Shown here: positions 45,386 through 56,395 of the stretch, in pieces | Layout: every line of letters starts with the position of its first letter | Position numbering within the stretch: position 1 is the first letter of the stretch | Sequence record: NC_055781.1 | Length of the DNA stretch: 64,000 bases | Strand: one strand, 5' to 3' | Source: Escherichia phage p000v | Translations under genes and position numbers: made by a program | Notes under the pieces: generated by a model | The model's input: the letters and a program-made list of their open reading frames with translations, nothing else | Databases searched by the model: none | Told to the model about the DNA's origin: nothing

Positions 45386-45457
45386 TATCTCGTGCTTTAA
45401 GATAGGTCTCTAAATATTATGATATAATAGACCTATGAATTGAGCCAAGAGGTACTT

Positions 45458-46015
45458 ATGACTGAACAAAAACCTAAAAATAACTATGTGAATAATAAAG
45501 AGCTTCTCGCCGCTATAATCGAGTGGAAAAAGGAGCTCTTAAATAATAAAGACCCAAACAAAATTATTCGTCAGAATGATACCATCGGTTTAGCAATTAT
45601 GCTTATCGCCGAAGGCCTGTCCAAACGTTTCAACTTTTCAGGATATACCCAGTCTTGGAAGCAGGAGATGATTGCAGATGGGATTGAAGCCTCTATTAAG
45701 GGACTTCATAATTTCGACGAAACTAAGTACAATAACCCACATGCATACATAACTCGAGCTTGTTTTAATGCTTTTGTCCAACGTATCAAAAAAGAACGTA
45801 AGGAAGTTGCAAAGAAATATAGTTACTTCGTTCATAATGTCTACGACAGTCATGACGATGATATGGTAGCGTTGGTAGATGAAACGTTTATTCAAGACAT
45901 CTACGATAAAATGACGCATTATGAAGAATCCGCTTATAAAGCTCCTGGGGCTGAAAAGAAGGAAGTTGTTAGCGATTCGCCTAGTTTGGATTTTTTATAT
46001 GAGGATGACAATTGA
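45458..46015 (+). CDS. 55: late-transcription sigma factor gp55
   Basis: 185 aa from [26 protein letters not shown]...; near-colinear with T4 gp55; AGAGG SD. Confidence 0.95.
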   Translation: MTEQKPKNNYVNNKELLAAIIEWKKELLNNKDPNKIIRQNDTIGLAIMLIAEGLSKRFNFSGYTQSWKQEMIADGIEASIKGLHNFDETKYNNPHAYITRACFNAFVQRIKKERKEVAKKYSYFVHNVYDSHDDDMVALVDETFIQDIYDKMTHYEESAYKAPGAEKKEVVSDSPSLDFLYEDDN

Positions 46016-46214
46016 CATCTCTAACTACTTAGAAGAACCTTTTGACGAAGCAATCCCTTATTTGGTAAAACTGTTGGGTCGTGAATTTAAAATTAATTTT
46101 GACATCGACCCTTTGAACCCACATGACGTGTCATTTTCAATAAATGGGACTCCAGTTGAGTACGAGTTCTGTATTGAAGAGGATGGACGTTTTTATTTTA
46201 ATTTAATGAGATAA
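46005..46214 (+). CDS. hypothetical protein overlapping end of gene 55
   Basis: 69-aa frame [15 protein letters not shown]...; start uncertain (45999 or 46005). Confidence 0.35.
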   Translation: MTIDISNYLEEPFDEAIPYLVKLLGREFKINFDIDPLNPHDVSFSINGTPVEYEFCIEEDGRFYFNLMR

Positions 46215-46215
46215 T

Positions 46216-46539
46216 ATGACTACCGAGATTATTGAAAATAAAGAAGCAGAAGATGCAGTAGCTAAAATGCTACAAGAAATCCAAAAGAAAAATGAAGCTG
46301 AAGCACGTAAAAAATCCGAAAAGATTCTTAAAAAGAATCGTTTTGAACTAAACCGTCTTTATGCACATGCTCAAGAAGCAGCAATTCAAAACAACTTCGA
46401 AGCTTACGAATATGCTATTAAGAAATCTCGGGATATTCTACGACAACCATATAATGACAAGTTAATTAAAATCCAGTGGATTACTACTCGTCAGGCTATT
46501 GAGGACATCATTAATGGCGCTAGTTCAAACAAAGTTTAA
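46216..46539 (+). CDS. hypothetical protein
   Basis: 107-aa ORF. Confidence 0.55.
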   Translation: MTTEIIENKEAEDAVAKMLQEIQKKNEAEARKKSEKILKKNRFELNRLYAHAQEAAIQNNFEAYEYAIKKSRDILRQPYNDKLIKIQWITTRQAIEDIINGASSNKV

Positions 46540-46720
46540 ACGTCTGAAGCTGAACGCAGGGTTCTCTCTTAAATTGGGAGGTCCTCTTTGTGTTAAAATT
46601 TCTGAAAAGGAATATCACGACGGTTCTATTACAGAAATTTGTCCGCCTATTGTAAAGGCAGACCCAAAACAACTCGTATGGGTCGATTCATTTCAAGTTA
46701 AGAAATGGTGGAAACGATGA
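46514..46720 (+). CDS. hypothetical protein
   Basis: Start at MALVQTKFK with GAGGA SD; overlaps previous gene end. Confidence 0.45.
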   Translation: MALVQTKFKRLKLNAGFSLKLGGPLCVKISEKEYHDGSITEICPPIVKADPKQLVWVDSFQVKKWWKR

Positions 46721-46759
46721 GAGAAATTGATTTAGGCATTTTCTGAGAGGTGCTTATGC

Positions 46760-46933
46760 ATGACGAACATCCCGACTTCTGAAAATTTCGATAAAATCCG
46801 TAAAGGCAAAGCAGAAAGAATGAGACGTTTTAAAGAGTCTTATGATAAAGCTAAAGCCGAAGGAACTATTACGTACAAGCCCATTCGATTTAAAAGTTCA
46901 AATGAGCCTTTGTACGGTGTACTATGTGGATAG
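46760..46933 (+). CDS. small basic protein (57 aa)
   Basis: Not in track; MTNIPTSENFDKIRKGKAERMRRF...; ends at terminator stem. Confidence 0.4.
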   Translation: MTNIPTSENFDKIRKGKAERMRRFKESYDKAKAEGTITYKPIRFKSSNEPLYGVLCG

Positions 46934-46956
46934 GAACTCTTCGGAGTTCCTTTTTT
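46933..46956 (+). terminator. intrinsic terminator
   Basis: GGAACUC-UUCG-GAGUUCC hairpin followed by TTTTTT. Confidence 0.8.
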
Positions 46957-46979
46957 GCTTTATAAACGGATGATAGAAT
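46956..46979 (+). promoter_or_regulatory. possible MotA-dependent middle promoter (TGCTTTA box, TAGAAT -10)
   Basis: MotA-box-like TGCTTTA 11 nt upstream of TAGAAT; upstream of gene 47. Confidence 0.4.
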
Positions 46980-47002
46980 GAATTAACTAATGAGGAAATA
47001 AT

Positions 47003-48022
47003 ATGAAAATTTTGCACTTAGGCGACTTCCATATCGGAGTCAAACAAGACGACCCATGGGTCCAAGATATTCAACGTGATGGTATTCGTCAAGCAATTGA
47101 ATACTCTAAGAAACACGGGATTAAAACTTGGATTCAGTACGGTGATTGGTTTGACGTCCGTAAAGCAATAACACATCGTACAATGGAATTCAATCGTGAA
47201 ATCGTTGATATGATTTCTAAAGCAGGCATTCACGTTCATGTCACGATAGGAAACCATGACATGGCGTTTAAGAATACAATAACACCTAACACTGTTTCTG
47301 AATTGTTAACTCAATTTGAAAACTTTACTATTTACGAACATCCAACTACTGTAGATTTTGACGGATGTCTGATTGATATCGTTCCGTGGATGTGTGAAGA
47401 AAATACAGGTGAAATCTTAGAGCACATCAAGACTTCTTCTGCTGCGTATTGCGTTGGTCACTGGGAACTGAACGGCTTTTATTTCTATAAAGGAATGAAG
47501 TCTCATGGGCTTGAACCTGATTTCTTAAAGACCTATAAACAAGTCTGGTCTGGCCACTTCCACACAATCTCTGAAGCTGCTAACGTCAAATATATTGGGA
47601 CACCATGGACCCTTACTGCAGGTGACGAGAACGACCCACGTGGATTCTGGGTATTTGACACTGATGTTGAACGTATGGAATTTATTCCTAATGAAACAAC
47701 ATGGCATCGACGAATCACTTATCCATTTAAAGGCAAAATCAATTATTCTGATTATACTAATCTAGCCGTACGTGTTATAGTATCAGAAATTGATTCAGAG
47801 TTGACTAAATTTGAATCTGAACTTGAAAAAGTAGTTCACTCTCTTCGTATGGTTTCTAAAGTTGATAACAGTGTTGAATCTGATGACGACCAGGAAATCG
47901 AGATTAAATCACTTCAAGATATCATTAAAGAATATATTGACGCGATTCCAGATATCTCAGACGAAGACAGAGAAGCGCTGGTCAAATATTCCAACGAACT
48001 TTATATTGAGGCAACACAATGA
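47003..48022 (+). CDS. 47: recombination endonuclease subunit gp47 (Mre11-like)
   Basis: MKILHLGDFHIGV...GNHD calcineurin-like phosphoesterase motifs; 339 aa as T4 gp47. Confidence 0.93.
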   Translation: MKILHLGDFHIGVKQDDPWVQDIQRDGIRQAIEYSKKHGIKTWIQYGDWFDVRKAITHRTMEFNREIVDMISKAGIHVHVTIGNHDMAFKNTITPNTVSELLTQFENFTIYEHPTTVDFDGCLIDIVPWMCEENTGEILEHIKTSSAAYCVGHWELNGFYFYKGMKSHGLEPDFLKTYKQVWSGHFHTISEAANVKYIGTPWTLTAGDENDPRGFWVFDTDVERMEFIPNETTWHRRITYPFKGKINYSDYTNLAVRVIVSEIDSELTKFESELEKVVHSLRMVSKVDNSVESDDDQEIEIKSLQDIIKEYIDAIPDISDEDREALVKYSNELYIEATQ

Positions 48023-48276
48023 CTTTAGATGAATTTAACAATGCTGGGCTAGGGCTTGAAGTTGAAATAGACGTTAAAGATGATGATGGATTCGAGAACA
48101 CTATCAAGTATTGGATTGAGCCATTACGTGTTGAAGGCAATGAAGTTAAAGCAGTTCATGTCTACACCGACTGGGCTATTGAATTTAGCTTTAATATAAT
48201 GGACAACGATACTCCTGGCTCTATTCTTAAAATGGCTGAAGCATGTATCAAGGATGCGTATAATGACGAAGACTGA
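48019..48276 (+). CDS. hypothetical acidic protein
   Basis: 85-aa ORF between 47 and 46. Confidence 0.55.
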   Translation: MTLDEFNNAGLGLEVEIDVKDDDGFENTIKYWIEPLRVEGNEVKAVHVYTDWAIEFSFNIMDNDTPGSILKMAEACIKDAYNDED

Positions 48277-48502
48277 CTATGAAATCCATCGTCACGAATT
48301 TAGTATTGGTGACGGTTATATTGGTATCGTTGAATGGACTGAGAATTACGAGGAATCAACTCCTCGTTTCTTTGGAACAATGTATGTTACCTGTGAGTAC
48401 GCACCAGGTGTTGTTATGTATGCAGAACTAGATGAATATTTTTCTGATAGGGATGACATGTTAAAATATGTAGAGGACTTCATTCGAAGAGAATACATAT
48501 GA
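48263..48502 (+). CDS. hypothetical protein
   Basis: Start at ATG 48263 with AAGGA SD. Confidence 0.5.
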   Translation: MTKTDYEIHRHEFSIGDGYIGIVEWTENYEESTPRFFGTMYVTCEYAPGVVMYAELDEYFSDRDDMLKYVEDFIRREYI

Positions 48503-50187
48503 AATCATTTAAATTAAATCGTGTTCGTTATCAAAACATCATGTCGGTAGGTGGGAATCCTATTGATATCCAATTAGATAAAGTCCAAAAGACATTAATC
48601 ACTGGTAAAAATGGTGGTGGTAAATCTACGATGTTAGAAGCCATTACTTTCGGACTTTTCGGTAAACCATTTCGTGATGTTAAGAAAGGACAAATCATTA
48701 ATAGCACGAACAAGAAAGAGCTCTTAGTTGAGCTTTGGATGGAATTCGATGATAAAAAATACTTCATTAAACGTGGCCAAAAGCCCAATATTTTCGAAAT
48801 CTCCGTTGACGGTGTTCGTCTTGATGAATCTGCCAGCAGTCGTGACTTCCAAGAAGAATTTGAACGTAGCATCGGAATGTCATACGCGTCTTTTAAACAG
48901 ATCGTTGTGCTTGGGACGGCAGGGTATACCCCTTTCATGGCTCTTAGCACCCCTGCTCGTAGAAAACTTGTCGAAGACCTTTTAGAAGTCGGCACACTCG
49001 CTGAAATGGATAAAATCAATAAGTCTCAAGTTCGAGAACTTAATTCCCAGGGGCAAGTTCTCGATGCCAAGAAAGATGGTATTATCCAACAAATTAAGAT
49101 TTATAACGAGAATATCGAACGCCAAAAGAAATTATCTGGCGATAATGTAGCACGTCTACAGAATATGTATGACGACCTAGCCAAAGAAGCTCGTTCATTA
49201 AAAGCAGAAATTGAAGAAGCTAATGAGCGTCTACTTAATATCGTTCTTGACGAAGACCCTACTGAGGCATTCAACAAGATCGGACAAGAAGCATTCTTGA
49301 TTAAATCTAAAATCGACTCATATAACAAAGTTATTAAGATGTATCATGACGGTGGCACATGTCCTACTTGTGCATCACAGTTGCACCAGGGTGATCCTAT
49401 TGTCTCTAAGATTACCGATAAGCTTCATGAATGTAATCACTCATTCGAGCAACTTACCTGTCACAGAGATAATCTGAGTGTCCTAGTGGACGAATATAGA
49501 GCTAATGTTAAGACTAAACAGGACCTTGCATCTGATATTCGTACCAAGAAACAAGCAATGATTGCCACTATTGATAAAGCTAAGAAAGTTAAAGCTGCAA
49601 TAGAACAAGCCTCGGCGGAATTTATCGACCATGCCGATGAGATAGCTTTGCTTCAAAAAGAACTTGATAAAATCATTAAAACAAAATCGGATAACGTTCT
49701 TGAAAAATACCATCGTGGTATTATAACAGATATGTTAAAAGATTCTGGTATTAAAGGTGCTATCATTAAAAAATATGTGCCTCTGTTCAACAAGCAGATT
49801 AACCATTACCTTAAAATCATGGAAGCTGATTATGTGTTTTCTATTGACGAAGAATTCAATGAATCTATAAAATCACGTGGTCGTGAAGATTTTAGTTATG
49901 CTTCATTTAGTCAAGGTGAAAAGGCACGTATCGATATCGCATTGTTGTTTACATGGCGAGATATTGCTGAAAAAGTTTCTGGTGTTAAAATCAACACGTT
50001 GATTCTTGATGAGGTTTTTGACGGCGCTGTAGATTCTGAAGCTGTTAAGGCTATAGATACCATTCTTGGAAGTTTACAAAATACTAACGTGTTCATTATC
50101 TCTCATCGAGACCATGACCCTCAACGTTATGGACAACATCTTCAGATGAGTAAAGTTGGACGATTTACTGTAATGACTGTTTCATAA
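48499..50187 (+). CDS. 46: recombination endonuclease subunit gp46 (Rad50/SbcC-like ATPase)
   Basis: Walker A GKNGGGKST, central coiled coil with CPTC zinc hook, C-terminal ABC signature region; 562 aa. Confidence 0.93.
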   Translation: MKSFKLNRVRYQNIMSVGGNPIDIQLDKVQKTLITGKNGGGKSTMLEAITFGLFGKPFRDVKKGQIINSTNKKELLVELWMEFDDKKYFIKRGQKPNIFEISVDGVRLDESASSRDFQEEFERSIGMSYASFKQIVVLGTAGYTPFMALSTPARRKLVEDLLEVGTLAEMDKINKSQVRELNSQGQVLDAKKDGIIQQIKIYNENIERQKKLSGDNVARLQNMYDDLAKEARSLKAEIEEANERLLNIVLDEDPTEAFNKIGQEAFLIKSKIDSYNKVIKMYHDGGTCPTCASQLHQGDPIVSKITDKLHECNHSFEQLTCHRDNLSVLVDEYRANVKTKQDLASDIRTKKQAMIATIDKAKKVKAAIEQASAEFIDHADEIALLQKELDKIIKTKSDNVLEKYHRGIITDMLKDSGIKGAIIKKYVPLFNKQINHYLKIMEADYVFSIDEEFNESIKSRGREDFSYASFSQGEKARIDIALLFTWRDIAEKVSGVKINTLILDEVFDGAVDSEAVKAIDTILGSLQNTNVFIISHRDHDPQRYGQHLQMSKVGRFTVMTVS

Positions 50188-50241
50188 ACGCTTTAACACG
50201 ATGTGGTTATAATGACCACATCAAATTAAATGGAGAACAAC

Positions 50242-50430
50242 ATGGAGTATTCAACCGGACAACATCTTCTTGTTGTCCCTGAAATTAAAAAATATGTTTT
50301 GACCAATACGTTTTCAGGTGAAGAACATATTGTTACTGAACAAATGCTCAAATCTGCTTTTAAAGATGAGTATAATAAAATAATGTCTAATCGCAATTCC
50401 GCATGGACAGTTACTGACTTCTACGAATAA
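50242..50430 (+). CDS. hypothetical protein
   Basis: Start at MEYSTGQ with GGAGA SD. Confidence 0.5.
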   Translation: MEYSTGQHLLVVPEIKKYVLTNTFSGEEHIVTEQMLKSAFKDEYNKIMSNRNSAWTVTDFYE

Positions 50431-50442
50431 GAGAGAAATAAT

Positions 50443-50859
50443 ATGTTTACTACTGCTAAAGGTTTCACTGCTGCTGATCTGAAAGTTACTTCTATCCGTA
50501 CTGACGCTAACCCGCATAACCATAATCGTGTTCGTAAAGCATGGGTCCTGCATTGTGATGACGCAAGTGCTAAAAAGCTTCAATCTTTGCCACAAGAAAC
50601 TCGTTTTATGATTTATGGTTTTATTGATAACGATGTATCTGATATGTGGATTCATCTGATGCGTAAGCACTATAAAGATTCTATTGAAGCAGGTGGAAAA
50701 ATCGTTCTTGATAAAGATGGTTCTGAGCGCCTGGAAGATTTCTACTGTGTTGATGCTGACGAACAACTAATTGCAGCTGGCGAAATTGTTGCTTCTAAAA
50801 TTCCAGAATATATTGAATCACTGCCTGAAGCTATTAAAAAGCAGATGGTTGCTGCATAA
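50443..50859 (+). CDS. rpbA: RNA polymerase-binding protein RpbA-like
   Basis: 138-aa ORF immediately upstream of gene 45, as rpbA in T4; assignment by position. Confidence 0.55.
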   Translation: MFTTAKGFTAADLKVTSIRTDANPHNHNRVRKAWVLHCDDASAKKLQSLPQETRFMIYGFIDNDVSDMWIHLMRKHYKDSIEAGGKIVLDKDGSERLEDFYCVDADEQLIAAGEIVASKIPEYIESLPEAIKKQMVAA

Positions 50860-50901
50860 TAAATTTGTTATAAACTTTGAATTGTCTTGAAAGGAAATAA
50901 A

Positions 50902-51588
50902 ATGAAACTGTCTAAAGATACTATCGCTATTCTGAAAAACTTTGCCTCTATTAACTCCGGTATTCTGCTGAGTCAAGGTAAATTTATTATGACCCGTGCA
51001 GTTAATGGCACCACTTATGCGGAAGCAAATATCTCTGATGAAATTGATTTTGACGTAGCACTTTATGATTTGAATAGCTTCTTAAGCATTTTGAGTCTAG
51101 TGTCTGATGATGCTGAAATTTCAATGCACACCGATGGCAATATTAAAATTGCAGATACACGTTCCACAGTTTATTGGCCTGCTGCCGACAAGAGCACCAT
51201 TGTTTTTCCTAATAAGCCAATTCAATTCCCGGTGGCTTCTGTGATTACTGAAATTAAAGCTGAAGACCTTCAACAATTGCTTCGAGTTTCACGTGGTCTT
51301 CAGATTGATACAATTGCTATTACAAATAAAGATGGTAAAATTGTTATCAACGGTTACAATAAAGTTGAAGATTCTGGCTTGACCCGTCCTAAGTATTCTT
51401 TGACTCTTACAGATTATGATGGTTCTAACAACTTTAACTTCGTAATCAATATGGCTAATATGAAAATCCAGCCAGGTAACTATAAAGTAATGTTGTGGGG
51501 AGCTGGTGATAAAGTTGCAGCCAAGTTTGAAAGCTCTCAAGTAAGTTATGTTATTGCAATGGAAGCCGATTCTACTCACGACTTCTAA
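50902..51588 (+). CDS. 45: sliding clamp gp45
   Basis: MKLSKDTIAILKNFASINSGILL...; near-colinear with T4 gp45. Confidence 0.95.
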   Translation: MKLSKDTIAILKNFASINSGILLSQGKFIMTRAVNGTTYAEANISDEIDFDVALYDLNSFLSILSLVSDDAEISMHTDGNIKIADTRSTVYWPAADKSTIVFPNKPIQFPVASVITEIKAEDLQQLLRVSRGLQIDTIAITNKDGKIVINGYNKVEDSGLTRPKYSLTLTDYDGSNNFNFVINMANMKIQPGNYKVMLWGAGDKVAAKFESSQVSYVIAMEADSTHDF

Positions 51589-51663
51589 GTCAAAGCTTTA
51601 CGTTTAATGTAGTACGATTATGGAGGAGAAATCCTCCAGTTTAATGATAATGAGGAAAATTAC

Positions 51664-52626
51664 ATGATTACTATCAATTCCAAAGAACACATTCTAGAAC
51701 AGAAATATCGTCCTTCTTCCATTGACGAATGTATTCTGCCTGCGTATGACCATGAAACATTCAAGTCTTTAGTATCTAAAGGAAAACTTCCTCATATTAT
51801 TTTGCACTCTCCTTCTCCTGGTACAGGTAAAACAACCGTAGCAAAAGCATTATGTAATGATATCAATGCCGAAATGATGTTCGTCAACGGTTCTGATTGT
51901 AAGATTGATTTTGTGCGTGGTCCGTTAACTGCATTCGCTCGTTCAGTCTCAATGGAAGGCAAGCCTAAAGTTATTGTTATTGATGAATTCGACCGTAGTG
52001 GCCTCGCCGAATCACAACGCCATCTTCGTACGTTTATGGAAGAATTCTCTAGTAACTGCTCTATTGTTATTACTGCTAACAACATCGATGGAATTATTGA
52101 ACCATTACGTAGCCGTTGTCGAGTTATCGAATTCGGTCGTCCAACCGAAGAAGATAAAATCTCGATGATGAAGAAAATGATTCATCGTATGGTTGAAATC
52201 TGTAAGAACGAAAATATCGAAATCGCTGATATGAAAGTTGTTGCAGCTCTTGTTAAAAAGAACTTCCCAGACTTTCGTCGTACAATTGGACAATTAGACC
52301 AGTACTCGTCTAAAGGTGTTCTTGATGCGGGTATTCTGTCTATCGTAACTAATGACCGTGGCACAGTCTCTGATGTTATCGAAGCAATGAAGAACAAAGA
52401 TATAAAACAGCTTCGTGCATTAGCTCCAAAATATGCTGCAGATTATTCATGGTTCATCGATAAATTAGTTTCAGAATGTTATGACCAAGTTGCACCTGGT
52501 AAAAGTATTATTTCGCTTTACGAAATTGCAGGCGAAAATAATAAGTTTCATGGATTAGCAAGTAATATTGAATTACATGTTATGTATATGCTTCTTCAAC
52601 TGACCTGCGAACTGACTTGGAAATAA
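51664..52626 (+). CDS. 44: clamp loader large subunit gp44
   Basis: AAA+ Walker [11 protein letters not shown]; colinear with T4 gp44. Confidence 0.95.
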   Translation: MITINSKEHILEQKYRPSSIDECILPAYDHETFKSLVSKGKLPHIILHSPSPGTGKTTVAKALCNDINAEMMFVNGSDCKIDFVRGPLTAFARSVSMEGKPKVIVIDEFDRSGLAESQRHLRTFMEEFSSNCSIVITANNIDGIIEPLRSRCRVIEFGRPTEEDKISMMKKMIHRMVEICKNENIEIADMKVVAALVKKNFPDFRRTIGQLDQYSSKGVLDAGILSIVTNDRGTVSDVIEAMKNKDIKQLRALAPKYAADYSWFIDKLVSECYDQVAPGKSIISLYEIAGENNKFHGLASNIELHVMYMLLQLTCELTWK

Positions 52627-52627
52627 T

Positions 52628-53191
52628 ATGAACTTATTCGATGATGACGTCCAGCTTAACGAGCACCAAATTGCATGGAAGTCTAATGACGCTGATGCGA
52701 TTCAAAAATGTGCTGATATGTTTAAAGAAAAACCTGAGAATGAATTCTTTAAAATCATTAATGCTATTAATGAAAAGAAATCTATGTCAATTGCTCAGGT
52801 CGACTACTCAAAATTTATGGTTGAGAACTCATTATCCCAGTTTCCAGAATGTATGCCAGCCGTTTACATGATGAACTTAGTCGGTTCTGAATTAAGTGAT
52901 GAAGCGCACTTCAACTATATGATGGCGGCAATTCCACGTGGTCGTCGATTCTCTAAATGGGCTAAACTAGTCGAAGACACTTCAGAGTTACTAGTTATCA
53001 AACTGTTGATGAAACATTACACAATCAACATGAATGATGCCACCGAGTATAAACGGCTCCTTGAAAAAAATAACAAGCTGCCAATAGTCCTTAAAGAACT
53101 GAAGGCCATGGTCACTGATGAATTTCTCAAAGAAGTTACTAAAAACGTAAAAGAACAAAAACAATTTAAAAAATTAGCATTGGAATGGTAA
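52628..53191 (+). CDS. 62: clamp loader small subunit gp62
   Basis: 187 aa directly after gene 44. Confidence 0.9.
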   Translation: MNLFDDDVQLNEHQIAWKSNDADAIQKCADMFKEKPENEFFKIINAINEKKSMSIAQVDYSKFMVENSLSQFPECMPAVYMMNLVGSELSDEAHFNYMMAAIPRGRRFSKWAKLVEDTSELLVIKLLMKHYTINMNDATEYKRLLEKNNKLPIVLKELKAMVTDEFLKEVTKNVKEQKQFKKLALEW

Positions 53192-53193
53192 AA

Positions 53194-53562
53194 ATGATTG
53201 AAATTAAATTGAAGAACCCTGAAGATTTTCTGAAAGTCAAAGAGACTCTGACCCGTATGGGCATCGCTAATAACAAGGATAAAGTTCTTTATCAGTCCTG
53301 TCATATCCTCCAAAAGCAAGGTAAATACTACATCGTCCACTTTAAAGAAATGCTGCGTATGGACGGACGTCAGGTTGATATTGATGGTGAAGACTATCAG
53401 CGACGTGATTCGATTGCTCAGTTGCTTGAAGACTGGGGATTAATTGTTATTGAAGACTCTGCTCGTGAAGATCTATTTAGCCTGACTAATAACTTCCGAG
53501 TTATCTCTTTTAAACAGAAAGATGACTGGACTTTGAAAGCAAAATATACAATTGGTAATTAA
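53194..53562 (+). CDS. regA: translational repressor RegA
   Basis: MIEIKLKNPEDFLKVKETLTRMGIANNKDKVLYQSCHILQK...; colinear with T4 RegA. Confidence 0.93.
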   Translation: MIEIKLKNPEDFLKVKETLTRMGIANNKDKVLYQSCHILQKQGKYYIVHFKEMLRMDGRQVDIDGEDYQRRDSIAQLLEDWGLIVIEDSAREDLFSLTNNFRVISFKQKDDWTLKAKYTIGN

Positions 53563-53567
53563 AGCAA

Positions 53568-53588
53568 TGGGACTTCGGTCCCATTTGG
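53568..53588 (+). terminator. terminator-like hairpin (UUCG tetraloop)
   Basis: TGGGAC-TTCG-GTCCCA followed by TTTGG; weak U-tract. Confidence 0.5.
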
Positions 53589-53643
53589 AGTATAATAAGT
53601 TCATCAACAAACAAAAGACAATAACTCGTCTAAAGGAAATTAA

Positions 53644-56355
53644 ATGAAAGAATTTTACTTAACGGTTGAACAGATTGGTGATTCAATTTTTGAACGTTAC
53701 ATCGATTCTAATGGCCGTGAACGTACTCGTGAAGTAGAATATAAACCATCACTGTTTGCTCATTGTCCGGAAAGTCAGGCTACGAAATATTTTGATATCT
53801 ACGGTAAGCCGTGTACTCGTAAACTATTCGCTAACATGCGTGATGCGTCTCAATGGATTAAACGCATGGAAGATATCGGACTTGAAGCACTTGGCATGGA
53901 CGATTTCAAATTAGCGTATTTGTCTGACACTTATAACTATGAAATCAAATACGACCATACAAAAATTCGTGTGGCTAACTTCGACATCGAAGTAACATCT
54001 CCGGATGGGTTCCCTGAGCCGTCACAAGCAAAACATCCTATTGATGCTATCACCCATTATGACTCAATTGACGACAGGTTCTACGTATTTGATCTATTGA
54101 ATTCTCCATATGGTAATGTAGAAGAATGGTCTATTGAAATCGCTGCTAAGCTTCAAGAACAAGGTGGTGATGAAGTTCCATCTGAAATTATCGATAAAAT
54201 CATTTATATGCCGTTCGATAACGAAAAAGAATTGTTGATGGAATATCTCAACTTCTGGCAACAGAAAACTCCTGTCATTTTGACTGGATGGAACGTTGAG
54301 TCATTTGATATTCCATATGTGTATAACAGAATCAAGAATATTTTTGGCGAATCTACTGCGAAACGTTTATCACCACATCGTAAAACTCGTGTTAAAGTTA
54401 TCGAAAACATGTATGGTTCTCGTGAAATCATTACATTGTTCGGTATCTCTGTTCTTGATTACATTGACCTTTACAAAAAATTCTCTTTTACCAATCAACC
54501 GTCGTATTCTCTGGATTACATTTCAGAATTTGAATTGAACGTTGGTAAACTGAAATATGACGGCCCTATTTCTAAGCTTCGTGAAAGCAATCACCAACGA
54601 TATATTTCTTATAACATCATCGACGTGTATCGTGTATTGCAAATTGATGCTAAGCGCCAGTTCATCAACTTGAGTTTGGACATGGGTTATTATGCTAAGA
54701 TACAGATTCAATCTGTGTTCAGCCCAATTAAAACATGGGATGCTATTATTTTTAATAGCCTTAAAGAGCAGAACAAGGTGATTCCACAAGGTCGTTCTCA
54801 CCCGGTTCAACCTTATCCTGGCGCTTTTGTTAAGGAACCTATTCCAAATCGATACAAATATGTAATGAGTTTCGACCTTACATCTCTGTATCCAAGTATT
54901 ATTCGCCAAGTGAATATTAGCCCAGAAACAATAGCAGGAACGTTTAAAGTAGCTCCATTGCATGATTATATTAACGCAATCGCTGAACGTCCTTCAGATG
55001 TGTACAGCTGCTCTCCTAATGGCATGATGTATTATAAAGACCGTGATGGTGTAGTTCCAACTGAAATCACTAAGGTCTTTAATCAACGTAAAGAACATAA
55101 AGGTTACATGCTTGCAGCTCAACGTAATGGTGAAATAATTAAAGAGGCATTGCATAATCCTAATCTTTCTGTTGACGAACCATTAGATGTTGATTATCGT
55201 TTCGACTTCACTGATGAGATTAAAGAAAAGATTAAAAAGTTGTCTGCTAAATCTCTTAATGAAATGTTGTTCAGAGCTCAACGTACTGAAGTTGCAGGTA
55301 TGACTGCACAAATTAACCGTAAATTGCTTATCAACTCACTTTATGGTGCACTTGGAAACGTTTGGTTCCGTTATTACGATTTGCGTAATGCAACTGCAAT
55401 CACAACATTTGGTCAAATGGCTTTACAGTGGATTGAACGTAAAGTTAATGAATATCTGAATGAAGTTTGTGGTACAGAAGGTGAAGCTTTCGTTCTTTAT
55501 GGTGATACAGACTCTATTTACGTATCTGCAGATAAAATTATTGATAAGGTTGGTGAATCTAAATTCCGTGATACCAACCATTGGGTGGACTTTTTAGATA
55601 AGTTTGCACGTGAACGTATGGAACCGGCTATTGATAGAGGTTTCCGTGAAATGTGTGAATACATGAACAATAAACAACACTTAATGTTCATGGACCGAGA
55701 AGCTATCGCTGGTCCTCCGCTCGGTTCTAAAGGTATTGGTGGATTCTGGACTGGTAAGAAACGTTATGCATTAAACGTGTGGGATATGGAAGGTACTCGT
55801 TACGCTGAGCCTAAACTCAAAATCATGGGTCTAGAGACTCAGAAATCTTCGACCCCTAAAGCAGTACAGAAAGCTCTTAAAGAATGTATTCGTCGTATGC
55901 TTCAAGAAGGTGAAGAATCATTACAAGAATATTTTAAAGAGTTTGAAAAAGAATTCCGTCAATTGAATTATATTAGCATCGCGTCGGTATCTTCTGCGAA
56001 TAACATTGCTAAATATGACGTTGGTGGATTCCCTGGTCCTAAATGCCCGTTCCATATTCGTGGAATTCTGACATATAACAGAGCTATCAAAGGTAATATT
56101 GATGCTCCACAAGTTGTAGAAGGCGAAAAGGTATACGTTCTGCCTTTACGTGATGGAAACCCGTTCGGTGATAAATGTATCGCATGGCCTTCTGGTACTG
56201 AAATCACAGATTTAATTAAAGACGACGTACTTCATTGGATGGACTACACTGTTCTCCTTGAGAAGACATTTATTAAACCACTTGAAGGATTCACATCAGC
56301 AGCGAAACTCGATTACGAGAAGAAAGCATCTCTGTTCGATATGTTCGATTTTTGA
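53644..56355 (+). CDS. 43: DNA polymerase gp43
   Basis: 903 aa; B-family motifs (DIEV exo, SLYPS, KKRYA, YGDTDS); length as recalled for RB69-type polymerase. Confidence 0.97.
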   Translation: MKEFYLTVEQIGDSIFERYIDSNGRERTREVEYKPSLFAHCPESQATKYFDIYGKPCTRKLFANMRDASQWIKRMEDIGLEALGMDDFKLAYLSDTYNYEIKYDHTKIRVANFDIEVTSPDGFPEPSQAKHPIDAITHYDSIDDRFYVFDLLNSPYGNVEEWSIEIAAKLQEQGGDEVPSEIIDKIIYMPFDNEKELLMEYLNFWQQKTPVILTGWNVESFDIPYVYNRIKNIFGESTAKRLSPHRKTRVKVIENMYGSREIITLFGISVLDYIDLYKKFSFTNQPSYSLDYISEFELNVGKLKYDGPISKLRESNHQRYISYNIIDVYRVLQIDAKRQFINLSLDMGYYAKIQIQSVFSPIKTWDAIIFNSLKEQNKVIPQGRSHPVQPYPGAFVKEPIPNRYKYVMSFDLTSLYPSIIRQVNISPETIAGTFKVAPLHDYINAIAERPSDVYSCSPNGMMYYKDRDGVVPTEITKVFNQRKEHKGYMLAAQRNGEIIKEALHNPNLSVDEPLDVDYRFDFTDEIKEKIKKLSAKSLNEMLFRAQRTEVAGMTAQINRKLLINSLYGALGNVWFRYYDLRNATAITTFGQMALQWIERKVNEYLNEVCGTEGEAFVLYGDTDSIYVSADKIIDKVGESKFRDTNHWVDFLDKFARERMEPAIDRGFREMCEYMNNKQHLMFMDREAIAGPPLGSKGIGGFWTGKKRYALNVWDMEGTRYAEPKLKIMGLETQKSSTPKAVQKALKECIRRMLQEGEESLQEYFKEFEKEFRQLNYISIASVSSANNIAKYDVGGFPGPKCPFHIRGILTYNRAIKGNIDAPQVVEGEKVYVLPLRDGNPFGDKCIAWPSGTEITDLIKDDVLHWMDYTVLLEKTFIKPLEGFTSAAKLDYEKKASLFDMFDF

Positions 56356-56395
56356 TATAATGCCATGGACGGTAAACTAATTAAATGAGAGAAAT

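Noticed and set aside
45393-45428. MotA-box-like TGCTTTA upstream of gene 55 as a middle promoter
   Set aside because: Distance to the TATAAT is about 23 nt, too long for the usual MotA box to -10 spacing
10305-45440. Short repeats with inverted symmetry recurring through the window, considered as a possible CRISPR array
   Set aside because: Copies are tens to thousands of bp apart at irregular intervals, each sits immediately upstream of an ORF, and each contains sigma70-like -35/-10 hexamers; they are promoter cassettes
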